DNA from: Candidatus Parcubacteria bacterium
GTDB taxonomy: Bacteria; Patescibacteriota; Minisyncoccia; Phycocordibacterales; UBA6065
DNA: 64,000 nucleotides
Direction of reading: 5' to 3'
Assembly (NCBI GenBank): GCA_039796155.1
Contig: JBDKKJ010000007.1
Coordinates: 58,409 to 122,408 of the forward strand
Shown: piece after piece, positions 55,258 through 63,010 of the stretch
How the letters are laid out: the number at the start of each line of letters is the position of its first letter
Numbering within the stretch: the first letter of the stretch is position 1
Position numbers and translations under genes: made by a program
The notes under the pieces: model-generated
Database searches by the model: none
Seen by the model: only the letters and a program-made list of their open reading frames with translations
Told to the model about the DNA's origin: nothing

Positions 55258-56028
55258 TTATTGAGTAAGAACTTCGCAACCTTTCTCTGTGATCACTATC
55301 GTATGTTCAAAATGTGCACTGCGCTTTCCGTCTTTGGTTCGGTAGGTATACCCATCCTTATCAAGACGAATCTTTTCAGTACCTTCGTTAATGATTGGTT
55401 CAATGGCAATCACCATTCCAGGGATCAATGGATCACCCTCGCCTGCAATGCCGTAATTTGGCACATAGGGGTCTTCATGGACTTTGTAGCCAACACCGTG
55501 CCCAGCGAGCTCCTCGACGATTCCATAGCCCATAGGGCCTATATAGAGCTCTATAGCTTCGCCAATATGACCTGTGGTATTTCCACCCTTTGCAGCTGCA
55601 ATTCCGAGGCTGAGGGCGTGTTTGGTAGCCCTCAAAAGCTCTGTTGCCTCGGCATCTATTTTACCTACAGGCAAAGTCGTTGCCATGTCGGTAATGAGAC
55701 CTTTATGAACCAAACCAAGGTCGAGAGTCACAATATCACCCTCTTTGAGAATGTAGGGTGTTTCATTCGGAATACCGTGCACAACCGCATCGTTTACCGA
55801 CACACAAAGTGATGCAGGAAACGGTCGCTTTGCACCGTACGGTTTGTAATTAAGAAAAGCGGCAGTATCTCCCCCTTCAGCAATGAGTCGTGCTGCTTCA
55901 GCATCGATTGCTTTGGTTGTGACACCCGGAGCAACCATTTTAGAAAGTTCGTTCAAGATAAAAGCGTGACGCTTACCGCCTTCACGTAATATTTCTATGT
56001 CTTCTCTTGTTTTAAGTTTAATGGCCAT
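55258..56028 (-). CDS. map: Methionine aminopeptidase type I
   Basis: 256 aa; VVHGIP, DIVTLDLG, GHGVG, IEP, FEHT metal-ligand motifs. Confidence 0.92.
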   Translation of the reverse strand: MAIKLKTREDIEILREGGKRHAFILNELSKMVAPGVTTKAIDAEAARLIAEGGDTAAFLNYKPYGAKRPFPASLCVSVNDAVVHGIPNETPYILKEGDIVTLDLGLVHKGLITDMATTLPVGKIDAEATELLRATKHALSLGIAAAKGGNTTGHIGEAIELYIGPMGYGIVEELAGHGVGYKVHEDPYVPNYGIAGEGDPLIPGMVIAIEPIINEGTEKIRLDKDGYTYRTKDGKRSAHFEHTIVITEKGCEVLTQ

Positions 56029-56624
56029 TAGAGTTCAAGCGCCTTCATAATGTCAGCATGCACTTTCTCGGCTGCCTGATGCCCATTAACAGAAATAAAG
56101 TTAACATTTGGGCTTTTCTCAAAGTATCGCACTGAGTGAATGATATCAGTTTCAAATGCACGGAGGCGCTCCGCAATCTTTTCATCTTTATCATCATGAC
56201 GTCCACGCTTCAAGAGTCGTGACTTTACCTCAGGCACGGGCACATCAAGAAAAATAACGTTTGGTTTTTGCTTGCTGTACAGCTGCATAGCAGAATCAAG
56301 AATCGGAGCCTCTTCAGGTCGTCGTGCAACACCATCAAAAATAATGTGCTCACTTCCCGTGTATTCATCAATCAAAAATCCCGTCCACACCCAAATAGGA
56401 ATAAAGGCGCCAAGAAGCTTTCCCTGACCCAATGTCTCTTTAACAATGGCAGCGCTGTAGCTACTGCCAGTCATGAATTTTCGGAGACGTTCACCTGTCT
56501 CAACATAAATAGACTTAAGAGAAGGGTCTGCCTTTTTAAGTGCCTCCATGAGCATAGTCGCCTGGGTACCTTTACCAGCTCCCGCCCTACCGAAAAAGAC
56601 ACACGTAATTTGTTTCATATCCAT
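56028..56624 (-). CDS. adk: Adenylate kinase (short, no zinc lid)
   Basis: 198 aa; P-loop FGRAGAGKGTQ, FDGVARR; located between secY and map as usual. Confidence 0.85.
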   Translation of the reverse strand: MDMKQITCVFFGRAGAGKGTQATMLMEALKKADPSLKSIYVETGERLRKFMTGSSYSAAIVKETLGQGKLLGAFIPIWVWTGFLIDEYTGSEHIIFDGVARRPEEAPILDSAMQLYSKQKPNVIFLDVPVPEVKSRLLKRGRHDDKDEKIAERLRAFETDIIHSVRYFEKSPNVNFISVNGHQAAEKVHADIMKALEL

Positions 56625-56699
56625 AGTCTACCCGAATCACTGAAATAACAAAACCCTCCATAAAGGAGGGTTTTGTTTTCTTTAAAATCAGAGTGAGAT

Positions 56700-57971
56700 C
56701 TAGTACTCTCTCATCGAAAGCTGTGCGTCGAGCTTCTTTACGATATCGAGAACTACAGATACTACGATAAGGAGAGCCGTACCACCGATAGCAAGGGTTG
56801 TAATACCTGAAAGTGATCGGAGGATGAGTGGAAGCACTGCGATGAGACCAAGGAATGTTGCGCCCACAAGAGTGATGCGAGTAACAATCTTTGAGAGGTA
56901 TTCAGCAGTAGACTGTCCTGGTCGAACACCTGGAATGAACGCACCTGACTTCTGGAGGTTTTCCGAAATCATCATAGGATCGAACGTAACCGCAGTGTAG
57001 AAGTATGTGAATACGAATACAAGGAGGAAGTAGAACGAGTTATAGAAGAGATGATTGTTGATGAGTGAAAGACCAACAGATGAAACTTTGAGCAATACAG
57101 GGCTCGCTGATGTTGCAAAGAAGTTGAAAAGCATCTGAGGGAAAAGGAGAATTGAGAGAGCAAAGATGATCGGAATAACTCCAGCCTGATTGAGGCGCAA
57201 TGGAAGGTATGTTGATACTCCACCGTACACTTTCATTCCCCGCACCTGCTTTGCATAGGTAACTGGAATTGGTCGTTCTGCTTCAGTAACTACAACCACG
57301 GCATAGATAACGGCAAGAGCGAGAACAAACACACCAATGTATACAGGAAGCTGGCTTGGGTCGTATGAAGCAAGAGCACCTGAAATTCCCTTTGGAAGAC
57401 CGGCTACGATACCCGCAAAGATGATGAGGGATGTACCGTTACCCATACCGAATTCAGTAATGAGTTCACCAATCCACATAAGAAGCATAGAGCCCGCAGC
57501 AATGGTGAGTACGTTCAAGATGAGCGCCATTGTTGTGAGATCAGGAATGATTCCCTGTCGCTGGAAAATGATGATAAAGCTGAAAGCCTGGATCAAAGCG
57601 AGAGGTAAAGCAATGCGTCGTGAGTACTGCGCAAACTTTGCACGACCCGCTTCCCCTTCTTCTTGATACATTGCCTTCATTGTAGGAGACATGATTGTCA
57701 AAAGCTGCATGATGATAGATCCAGTAATGTATGGACCTACACCGAGCATAACGATTGAGAGATTAGAAAGTCCACCTCCAGAGAAGATGTTCAAAAGTCC
57801 AAGAAACTGACTGTTTGCAAAGAGGCTTGCAAGCTTTGCAGTATCAATACCTGGGATTGGAATTGTAGTGAGAAGTCGGAATACAACGAGAGCTAATACG
57901 ACGAAGAAAATCCTCTTTCGAAGGCTCTTGTCACGGAATGTGAGGGAAAGCTTGTTTAGAAATGCGTTCAT
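56700..57971 (-). CDS. secY: Preprotein translocase subunit SecY
   Basis: 423 aa; 10 TM; conserved FSGGGLSNLSIVMLGVGPYITGSII. Confidence 0.95.
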   Translation of the reverse strand: MNAFLNKLSLTFRDKSLRKRIFFVVLALVVFRLLTTIPIPGIDTAKLASLFANSQFLGLLNIFSGGGLSNLSIVMLGVGPYITGSIIMQLLTIMSPTMKAMYQEEGEAGRAKFAQYSRRIALPLALIQAFSFIIIFQRQGIIPDLTTMALILNVLTIAAGSMLLMWIGELITEFGMGNGTSLIIFAGIVAGLPKGISGALASYDPSQLPVYIGVFVLALAVIYAVVVVTEAERPIPVTYAKQVRGMKVYGGVSTYLPLRLNQAGVIPIIFALSILLFPQMLFNFFATSASPVLLKVSSVGLSLINNHLFYNSFYFLLVFVFTYFYTAVTFDPMMISENLQKSGAFIPGVRPGQSTAEYLSKIVTRITLVGATFLGLIAVLPLILRSLSGITTLAIGGTALLIVVSVVLDIVKKLDAQLSMREY

Positions 57972-58040
57972 ATCTGTAATATTAGCTCTTTAATAATCCT
58001 TGTAAATAACGAAACATCCCGTTGTGCGGGATGTTTGCGC

Positions 58041-58484
58041 TTAAGCGTGAACTGTACCGCCTGCCTTTTCTATTACCGCCTTTACTGATGCTGATACTTC
58101 TACACCTGAAACGATAACCTTCTTTGTAATCTCACCTGAGAGCAAGATCTTGATTCGTGGGAAGTTACCTTCTGTCTTTTCAATGAGACCCTTTGCAAAC
58201 AATGTTGCTGGTTCTACTCGGTCACCGTCCTTAAATACTTTGCTGAGTGCTGAAAGAGGTACAACAGTAGCTCGTTCTGCAAATGACTTGAAAGAGTTCT
58301 TTCCTCGTCCTCGCATCTTTGGCACCTTCTTAATAAAGTCTCGGAGCTCTGGGCGCTTCTTGTGACCAGAACGTGAGTCCTGTCCCTTTGTTCCTCGGCC
58401 TGATGTTTTACCGCGCTTTCCTCCGCGACCCACCTGGGCTGCTTTGTAATTTGGAGTCTTTCGCTTGAGATCGTGAAGTTTCAT
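58041..58484 (-). CDS. rplO: 50S ribosomal protein L15
   Basis: 147 aa; GRGGKRGKTSGRGTKGQ. Confidence 0.92.
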   Translation of the reverse strand: MKLHDLKRKTPNYKAAQVGRGGKRGKTSGRGTKGQDSRSGHKKRPELRDFIKKVPKMRGRGKNSFKSFAERATVVPLSALSKVFKDGDRVEPATLFAKGLIEKTEGNFPRIKILLSGEITKKVIVSGVEVSASVKAVIEKAGGTVHA

Positions 58485-58495
58485 ATATTTTAATA

Positions 58496-59113
58496 TTACT
58501 TAGCAACCTTTGACGAAGTCGGTCGAGTAAGAGTAAGTCCCTGGAGCGCCATGATAGTTGCTCGAGCGATGTTGAGTTTGTTCTTTGATGGAGAAATGAT
58601 CTTTGCAGCAACGTTTGTGAGTCCTGCGAGTTCGAGTACAGTTCGGCATGCAGATCCAGCTACAAGTCCTCGGTCCTGCACAGGTCGGATAGCAATTCGC
58701 GCTGAGTTGTATTTTGCAAAAACTTCGTGAGGAATAGACATGTCCTTTGTCACATTGATCTTCACCATGTTCTTCTTTGCGTTTCGAGTAGCTTTGTCGA
58801 TAGCGAGAGCTGTGTCCCCTGCCTTTCCGAGTCCTACGCCAACAAGTCCCTTTCGGTTACCTGCAACGAGAGCTACAGAGAAAGCAAATCGTCGTCCTCC
58901 AGAAACAGTTCGAGACACACGTCGAATGTTGAGCATTACGCTGTCATATTCTGGCTTTGCGCGAGGAGCACGTGAGTCTGGCTTTCGGCCACCACGAGCA
59001 CCTGGACGTCCACCACGAGCACCGCGAGGTGCATCAAAAGCGCCTGGGGCCTGAGTTGCTGGAGCGACTGGTGCCGCTGCGATATCCTTATTTACTGTTG
59101 TTTCTGGATTCAT
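58496..59113 (-). CDS. rpsE: 30S ribosomal protein S5 (with A/P/G/R-rich N-terminal extension)
   Basis: 205 aa; core VMLNIRRVSRTVSGGRRFAFSVALVAGN...GLGKAGD. Confidence 0.92.
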   Translation of the reverse strand: MNPETTVNKDIAAAPVAPATQAPGAFDAPRGARGGRPGARGGRKPDSRAPRAKPEYDSVMLNIRRVSRTVSGGRRFAFSVALVAGNRKGLVGVGLGKAGDTALAIDKATRNAKKNMVKINVTKDMSIPHEVFAKYNSARIAIRPVQDRGLVAGSACRTVLELAGLTNVAAKIISPSKNKLNIARATIMALQGLTLTRPTSSKVAK

Positions 59114-59121
59114 ATAATAAT

Positions 59122-59469
59122 TTAGAACTTAAGTCCGCCTTCTCGAGCGCCGTCTGCAAGAGCCTTAACTCGACCCTTGTATCCGAAGCCTCCTCGGTCA
59201 AAGACAACCGCTGTTATCTTGAGAGCGATAGCCTTCTTTGCAATGTCCTTTCCTACCGCAAGAGCCGCTTCTGACTTCTTTGTCTTTGCTTCAAGAGATG
59301 AAGCTGAGACAAGTGTCTTTGCATTCTCATCATCAATGAGCTGAGCATACATGAACTTGTTTGAACGAAATACCGCAAGTCGAGGCATAGATGCAGTACC
59401 CGCAATCTTTGTTCGGATCTTAACGTGTCGTCGTACTCGCTTTTCTTTTTTAATATTTGATATAGCCAT
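59122..59469 (-). CDS. rplR: 50S ribosomal protein L18
   Basis: 115 aa; [13 protein letters not shown]...[18 protein letters not shown]. Confidence 0.92.
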   Translation of the reverse strand: MAISNIKKEKRVRRHVKIRTKIAGTASMPRLAVFRSNKFMYAQLIDDENAKTLVSASSLEAKTKKSEAALAVGKDIAKKAIALKITAVVFDRGGFGYKGRVKALADGAREGGLKF

Positions 59470-59487
59470 AAAAATAGATTAATCAGA

Positions 59488-60015
59488 TTACGCAGCCTTC
59501 TTACCCTGCTTACGTCGGATAACTTCGCCTTCGTATCGAATACCCTTACCCTTATATGGTTCTGGCTTCTTCAAGGTTCGTACCTTTGATGCGAATCCAC
59601 CAACAGCTTCTGCTGAAACACCTGTGATTGTAAGGATGTTCTTGTCTGCAGTTACTTTGAGATCTGTAGGGATAACGAGTGAAATAGGATGTGAGAAACC
59701 GAGAGCGAGATCGAGCTTTCCGTTCTTTACATCTGACTTGAAACCGATACCTTCGATGATGAGCTTCTTTGTAAAGCCGACTGTTACACCCTTAATCATG
59801 TTCTTCAAGTGTGAAGCATATGTTCCAACGAGCATGTAGTCTTCAGGTCGCTTGAGAGAAACAGTAACCGTTCCCGCTTCGATCTTGAAATCAACACCCG
59901 CTTTGAAAAGACGAGACATTTCGCCGAGAGGACCCTTCACAGTGATAGTTCCCTTGTCTGCTACGACAGTGGTCTTCTCTGGAATTACAATTGGTTTTTT
60001 TGCTACGCGTGACAT
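59488..60015 (-). CDS. rplF: 50S ribosomal protein L6
   Basis: 175 aa; MSRVAKKPIVIPE...GFSHPI. Confidence 0.92.
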   Translation of the reverse strand: MSRVAKKPIVIPEKTTVVADKGTITVKGPLGEMSRLFKAGVDFKIEAGTVTVSLKRPEDYMLVGTYASHLKNMIKGVTVGFTKKLIIEGIGFKSDVKNGKLDLALGFSHPISLVIPTDLKVTADKNILTITGVSAEAVGGFASKVRTLKKPEPYKGKGIRYEGEVIRRKQGKKAA

Positions 60016-60039
60016 AGAAGTTTTGTTATATAAAAAATA

Positions 60040-60429
60040 TTACCAAATTTGGAAGAGGACCTCACCGCCGACCTTTTCTTTACGTGCTTCATCATCCGAA
60101 AGGATACCCTTTGGAGTAGAGACGAAAGTTGAACCGAAGCCCTGCTTTACCTGATGGATTTCAGAGTAACCCTTGTAAAGTCGCTTTGAAGGCTTTGAAA
60201 TTCGCTTTACATCGTTGATGCGAGCGTGTCCGTTTACGTAGATAAGACCTACTTCGAGAGTCTTCTGTATACCCTTACCCTTTTTCTGAGCAGGCTTTAC
60301 GAAACCCTTACGAGCGAGCGCCAGCGCTACTGACTCTGTAAAGTTTGAATGTGGCATTGCAACAGTTTCCTTCTTTGCAGCGGAACCGTTCTTTAACTGA
60401 ATGATGAGATGTGAGATTGAATCTTGCAT
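60040..60429 (-). CDS. rpsH: 30S ribosomal protein S8
   Basis: 129 aa; DSISHLIIQLKNG...GGEVLFQIW. Confidence 0.92.
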   Translation of the reverse strand: MQDSISHLIIQLKNGSAAKKETVAMPHSNFTESVALALARKGFVKPAQKKGKGIQKTLEVGLIYVNGHARINDVKRISKPSKRLYKGYSEIHQVKQGFGSTFVSTPKGILSDDEARKEKVGGEVLFQIW

Positions 60430-60499
60430 GTTGTTTAGCGTCTAGTTTGCGGTCGTGACTTGAATGTTCTTCCGCACCCTACTGCCTAAATAATAATGT

Positions 60500-60685
60500 C
60501 TACCAAGACGATTTCTTTATACCTGGAATGAGGCCATCGTTGGCGAGCTCTCGGAAACAAATTCGGCACACGCCGAAGTCTCGCATAAATCCGTTCTTTC
60601 GCCCGCAGCGGAAGCAACGTCGTACAATTCTCGATGAGAACTTTGGTTTCTTATTAGCTCGTGCTATTACTGATGTTTTTGCCAT
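60500..60685 (-). CDS. rpsN: 30S ribosomal protein S14, zinc-binding type Z
   Basis: 61 aa from [16 protein letters not shown]; CFRCGRK...CRICFRE Cys motif. The ORF-track N-terminal extension is not credible. Confidence 0.9.
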   Translation of the reverse strand: MAKTSVIARANKKPKFSSRIVRRCFRCGRKNGFMRDFGVCRICFRELANDGLIPGIKKSSW

Positions 60686-60732
60686 TTTTTCCGTGGTGTA
60701 AATAAAAAAGCCTTGAAAAAGCTTGTCCAGGC

Positions 60733-60761
60733 ATACTAGCAAACGAATTACAGGCTGTCAA
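60733..60761 (-). promoter_or_regulatory. Sigma70-like promoter re-starting rpsN-rpsH-rplF... after the inserted cassette
   Basis: Minus strand TTGACA (60756-61), 17-nt spacer, TAGTAT (60733-38). Confidence 0.55.
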
Positions 60762-60775
60762 ACCTGTTACCTCCC

Positions 60776-60883
60776 TCCCTCATATTCTGCCTATCTGGGG
60801 CACGCGTCACGGGTCCCTAACCCATGCGCTCACTCTCGGCCCGTCGGCCTGCGAGAGCCCCCATCCAGGCAGAATATGAGGGA
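60776..60883 (-). ncRNA. Unassigned 108-nt GC-rich structured element (17-bp terminal inverted repeat enclosing a three-way junction); RNA or DNA-level element, strand tentative
   Basis: TCCCTCATATTCTGCCT (60776-92) is the perfect complement of AGGCAGAATATGAGGGA (60867-83). Inside: TGGGG/CCCCA, hairpin CTCTCG..GGCC-GGCC..CGAGAG, and hairpin GCGC..GGGT-ACCC..GCGT. One G-T pair on the minus strand would be an A-C mismatch on the plus strand. Confidence 0.45.
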
Positions 60884-60898
60884 AAGATAAAGAGTATG

Positions 60899-60926
60899 TT
60901 GACTCGTTGTTATTAGTTGCTAGTAT
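60899..60926 (+). promoter_or_regulatory. Sigma70-like promoter facing the 3' end of the toxin gene
   Basis: TTGACT (60899-904), 16-nt spacer, TAGTAT (60921-26). Confidence 0.45.
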
Positions 60927-60932
60927 AGACAT

Positions 60933-61014
60933 ACAAACGGCCTTCGGGCTTTGATTTACTAAGGTAAATCAGGAAAAAAAAAGCGGTCAAAGCAAGTCTT
61001 TGACCGCTTTTCTT
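60933..61014 (+). ncRNA. Candidate ~80-nt sRNA convergent with and antisense to the 3' end of the MazF-like gene
   Basis: Downstream of the promoter: hairpin GCC-ttcg-GGC (60940-49), hairpin GATTTAC-taag-GTAAATC (60953-70), an A9 linker, and a 10-12-bp terminator hairpin GCGGTCAAAG-caagt-CTTTGACCGC (60983-61007) + TTTTCTT. No ATG. Confidence 0.4.
60974..61010. terminator. Bidirectional intrinsic terminator at the toxin gene 3' end
   Basis: Hairpin 60983-61007 flanked by A9 (T9 on the minus strand) and TTTTCTT on the plus strand; includes the toxin stop codon. Confidence 0.75.
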
Positions 61015-61379
61015 ATAACCTTAAAGGAAAACTCTTCTGTAAAACCAATTTTATTAATAAGTCTTTTTACACTCATGAGTCGTATTTGAGAGATAATAGC
61101 AGTTCGCTTCTCCCCTTCCTGGCTTATGCATTCAACATAATATGGATTACTTTTATGTTTCGTGGAGAGTGGTATGGCCCAAAATATGTACTGATTAAAC
61201 TTTTTAAGCACAATAATTGGCCTGCTAAATAGACCTCCTTTACCGTCCTGTTCATAACCAATATTTGCACCCAATCTACTCCACCAAATATCACCCTCTT
61301 TGAAATAAAGATTAGACTCACCAACCTGGCAATCAATTGATTCTTTTTGCTCGCCCCATGTTTTAAAGTCTTTTTTCAT
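60987..61379 (-). CDS. MazF/PemK-family toxin-like protein (solo, no adjacent antitoxin ORF)
   Basis: 130 aa; EGDIWWSRLGANIGYEQDGKGGLFSRPIIVLKKF...AIPLSTKHK...AIISQIRLMSVKRL follows the PemK/MazF pattern (GDIW..L....G.EQ.G..RP..VL....PLT/S....Q.R). Confidence 0.6.
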   Translation of the reverse strand: MKKDFKTWGEQKESIDCQVGESNLYFKEGDIWWSRLGANIGYEQDGKGGLFSRPIIVLKKFNQYIFWAIPLSTKHKSNPYYVECISQEGEKRTAIISQIRLMSVKRLINKIGFTEEFSFKVIRKAVKDLL

Positions 61380-61423
61380 AGAACCAGTTTACAGAAGATA
61401 AGATAAAGTAAAGATAAAACATA

Positions 61424-61453
61424 AAGCAAAAACCACCTTGCGGTGGTTTTTGC
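61424..61453 (-). terminator. Intrinsic terminator directly after rplE (interrupts the spc operon)
   Basis: Minus strand AAAAACCACC-gcaa-GGTGGTTTTT + GCTTTATGTTTT, 7 nt after the rplE stop. Confidence 0.8.
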
Positions 61454-61459
61454 GGAGTA

Positions 61460-62008
61460 TTATTTTGCAGATTCTGTCTTCTTGATTGGGAATCCGAGGA
61501 GTTCGAGGAATTTCTTTGTCTGATCCTTTGGCTTCAAGTTTGTGAGAACTGTGATACCAAGACCGAACACATCCTTCAATTCTTCTTCAGAACATTCAGG
61601 GAAAATAGTGTTTTCCTTGATTCCGATTGAGTATCCACCCATTCCGTCAGCTGATGTTGATGGGAGTCCGCGGAAGTCCTTTGTTCGAGGGAGAGCAATG
61701 TTTACAAGCTTCTCGAGGAAGTGCCACATCTTTGCACCTCGGAGAGTAACCTGGTAGCCCATAGGATCTCCTTCTCGGCTCTTGAATGATGCAATAGATT
61801 TCTTTGCACCTCGGAGAACTGACTTCTGACCTGTGATTTTCATCAATCGGTCGCCAGCGAGTTCAACCTTCTTCTTATCACCAAAAGATCCAACACCCAC
61901 GGTTACAACAACCTTGAGCACCTTTGGAGCTTGCATAGCGTTTGTGAATCCGAATTGCTTCTTCATCACTTCGAATGCGTCAACCTGTTTTTCTTTAAGA
62001 GTTTTCAT
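61460..62008 (-). CDS. rplE: 50S ribosomal protein L5
   Basis: 182 aa; NAMQAPKVLKVVVTVGVG...YSIGIKENTIFPE. Confidence 0.92.
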   Translation of the reverse strand: MKTLKEKQVDAFEVMKKQFGFTNAMQAPKVLKVVVTVGVGSFGDKKKVELAGDRLMKITGQKSVLRGAKKSIASFKSREGDPMGYQVTLRGAKMWHFLEKLVNIALPRTKDFRGLPSTSADGMGGYSIGIKENTIFPECSEEELKDVFGLGITVLTNLKPKDQTKKFLELLGFPIKKTESAK

Positions 62009-62026
62009 AAAAATAGTGTAAGGAAA

Positions 62027-62284
62027 TTATTTTGCCTTCTTTACAGACTTAACTGCCTTTGCCTTTGGTGTAGCCAATGCAACGTTTGAAGCGTGGAGAG
62101 GCATTTCCTTGTCTATAACCTGTCCCTTTCCTCCCTGCTTTGTAGGGCGGAGGTGTCGCTTTACTTTGTTAGCACCTGAAACGATAACCTTGTTTTCTTT
62201 TGGAAAAGCTACAAGAACCTCGCCTGTTGCGCCCTTGTCCTTACCAGCTAATACCACTACCTTATCTCCTTTTTTGATATGCAT
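62027..62284 (-). CDS. rplX: 50S ribosomal protein L24
   Basis: 85 aa; [21 protein letters not shown] motif. Confidence 0.9.
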   Translation of the reverse strand: MHIKKGDKVVVLAGKDKGATGEVLVAFPKENKVIVSGANKVKRHLRPTKQGGKGQVIDKEMPLHASNVALATPKAKAVKSVKKAK

Positions 62285-62299
62285 AAAATTTTGATGAGG

Positions 62300-62671
62300 T
62301 TATACGATTTCAGCAGCACGTGAAGCGATAGTCTGGAAGCCCATTTCTGCGATTTCACGTGGAATAGGACCGAACACACGTCCCGCGAGAGGTTCCTTCT
62401 TTGTCTTTTCGAGGATAACTACTGCGTTTTCATCGAATCGGATGTATGAACCGTCCTTTCGCTTTGTAGCGTTTCGAGATCGAACAACTACTGCGTGGAG
62501 AACATCCTTCTTCTTTACAGACTTTCGTGGTTCTGCCTTCTGTACTGAGAGCACGACAATGTCTCCGATGTATGCGTATCGCTTTGCAGCAGATCCGAGC
62601 ACCTTAAAGATGCGGCCTACTTTTGCACCTGAGTTGTCTGCGATCTGGACTATTGAGCGTGGTTGTAACAT
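62300..62671 (-). CDS. rplN: 50S ribosomal protein L14
   Basis: 123 aa from MLQPRSIVQIADNSGAK. ORF-track start 62737 would overlap rpsQ. Confidence 0.92.
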   Translation of the reverse strand: MLQPRSIVQIADNSGAKVGRIFKVLGSAAKRYAYIGDIVVLSVQKAEPRKSVKKKDVLHAVVVRSRNATKRKDGSYIRFDENAVVILEKTKKEPLAGRVFGPIPREIAEMGFQTIASRAAEIV

Positions 62672-62690
62672 GGGAGTGTTTGTTAAAAAA

Positions 62691-62999
62691 TTATGCGACC
62701 TTAAAATGCTTATCCTTTGAGATTGGTCGGCATTCAATGATGGTCACTGTCTCGCCTTCCTTCTTTGTGTTGCCTGCGTCGTGTGCCTTGTACTTCTTTG
62801 AGATCTTTACGAATCGTTCGTACTTTGAGTGCTTAACGAAGCGGTTTACACGAACAACAATGGTGTCCTTCATCTTTGTAGATGTAACGATACCAGTGAG
62901 CTGCTTTGGTTCTGAAGTCTTTACTTCAACCTGAGCCACAGCATTTGGAGCTTTAGCAGCAACCTTCTTTTCTTCTGTTTTTTTAGTAAATATTGCCAT
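62691..62999 (-). CDS. rpsQ: 30S ribosomal protein S17 (with ~30-aa N-terminal extension)
   Basis: 102 aa from MAIFTKK...; core LTGIVTSTKMKDTIVVRVNRFVKHSKYERF. Confidence 0.85.
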   Translation of the reverse strand: MAIFTKKTEEKKVAAKAPNAVAQVEVKTSEPKQLTGIVTSTKMKDTIVVRVNRFVKHSKYERFVKISKKYKAHDAGNTKKEGETVTIIECRPISKDKHFKVA

Positions 63000-63010
63000 A
63001 TATGTATGAA

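Noticed and set aside
55246-55812. 188-aa plus-strand ORF
   Set aside because: It is entirely antisense to the methionine aminopeptidase gene. Shadow ORF.
60776-60883. Possibility that the GC-rich three-way-junction element is a 5S rRNA gene
   Set aside because: It shares short strings with E. coli 5S (TGCCTGG, CCCATGCG, GCGAGAG, CCAGGCA), but these are split across both strands. The arms are too short, the closing stem too long, and the loop C (CCGAAC...GUGAAAC) and loop E signatures are absent.
60807-60932. 41-codon minus-strand ORF (MSILATNNNESTYSLSFPHILPGWGLSQADGPRVSAWVRDP) as a possible antitoxin
   Set aside because: It begins after the toxin's T9 terminator, its start overlaps the opposite-strand -10 box, and most of it is the palindromic element. 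Not excluded, but not supported.
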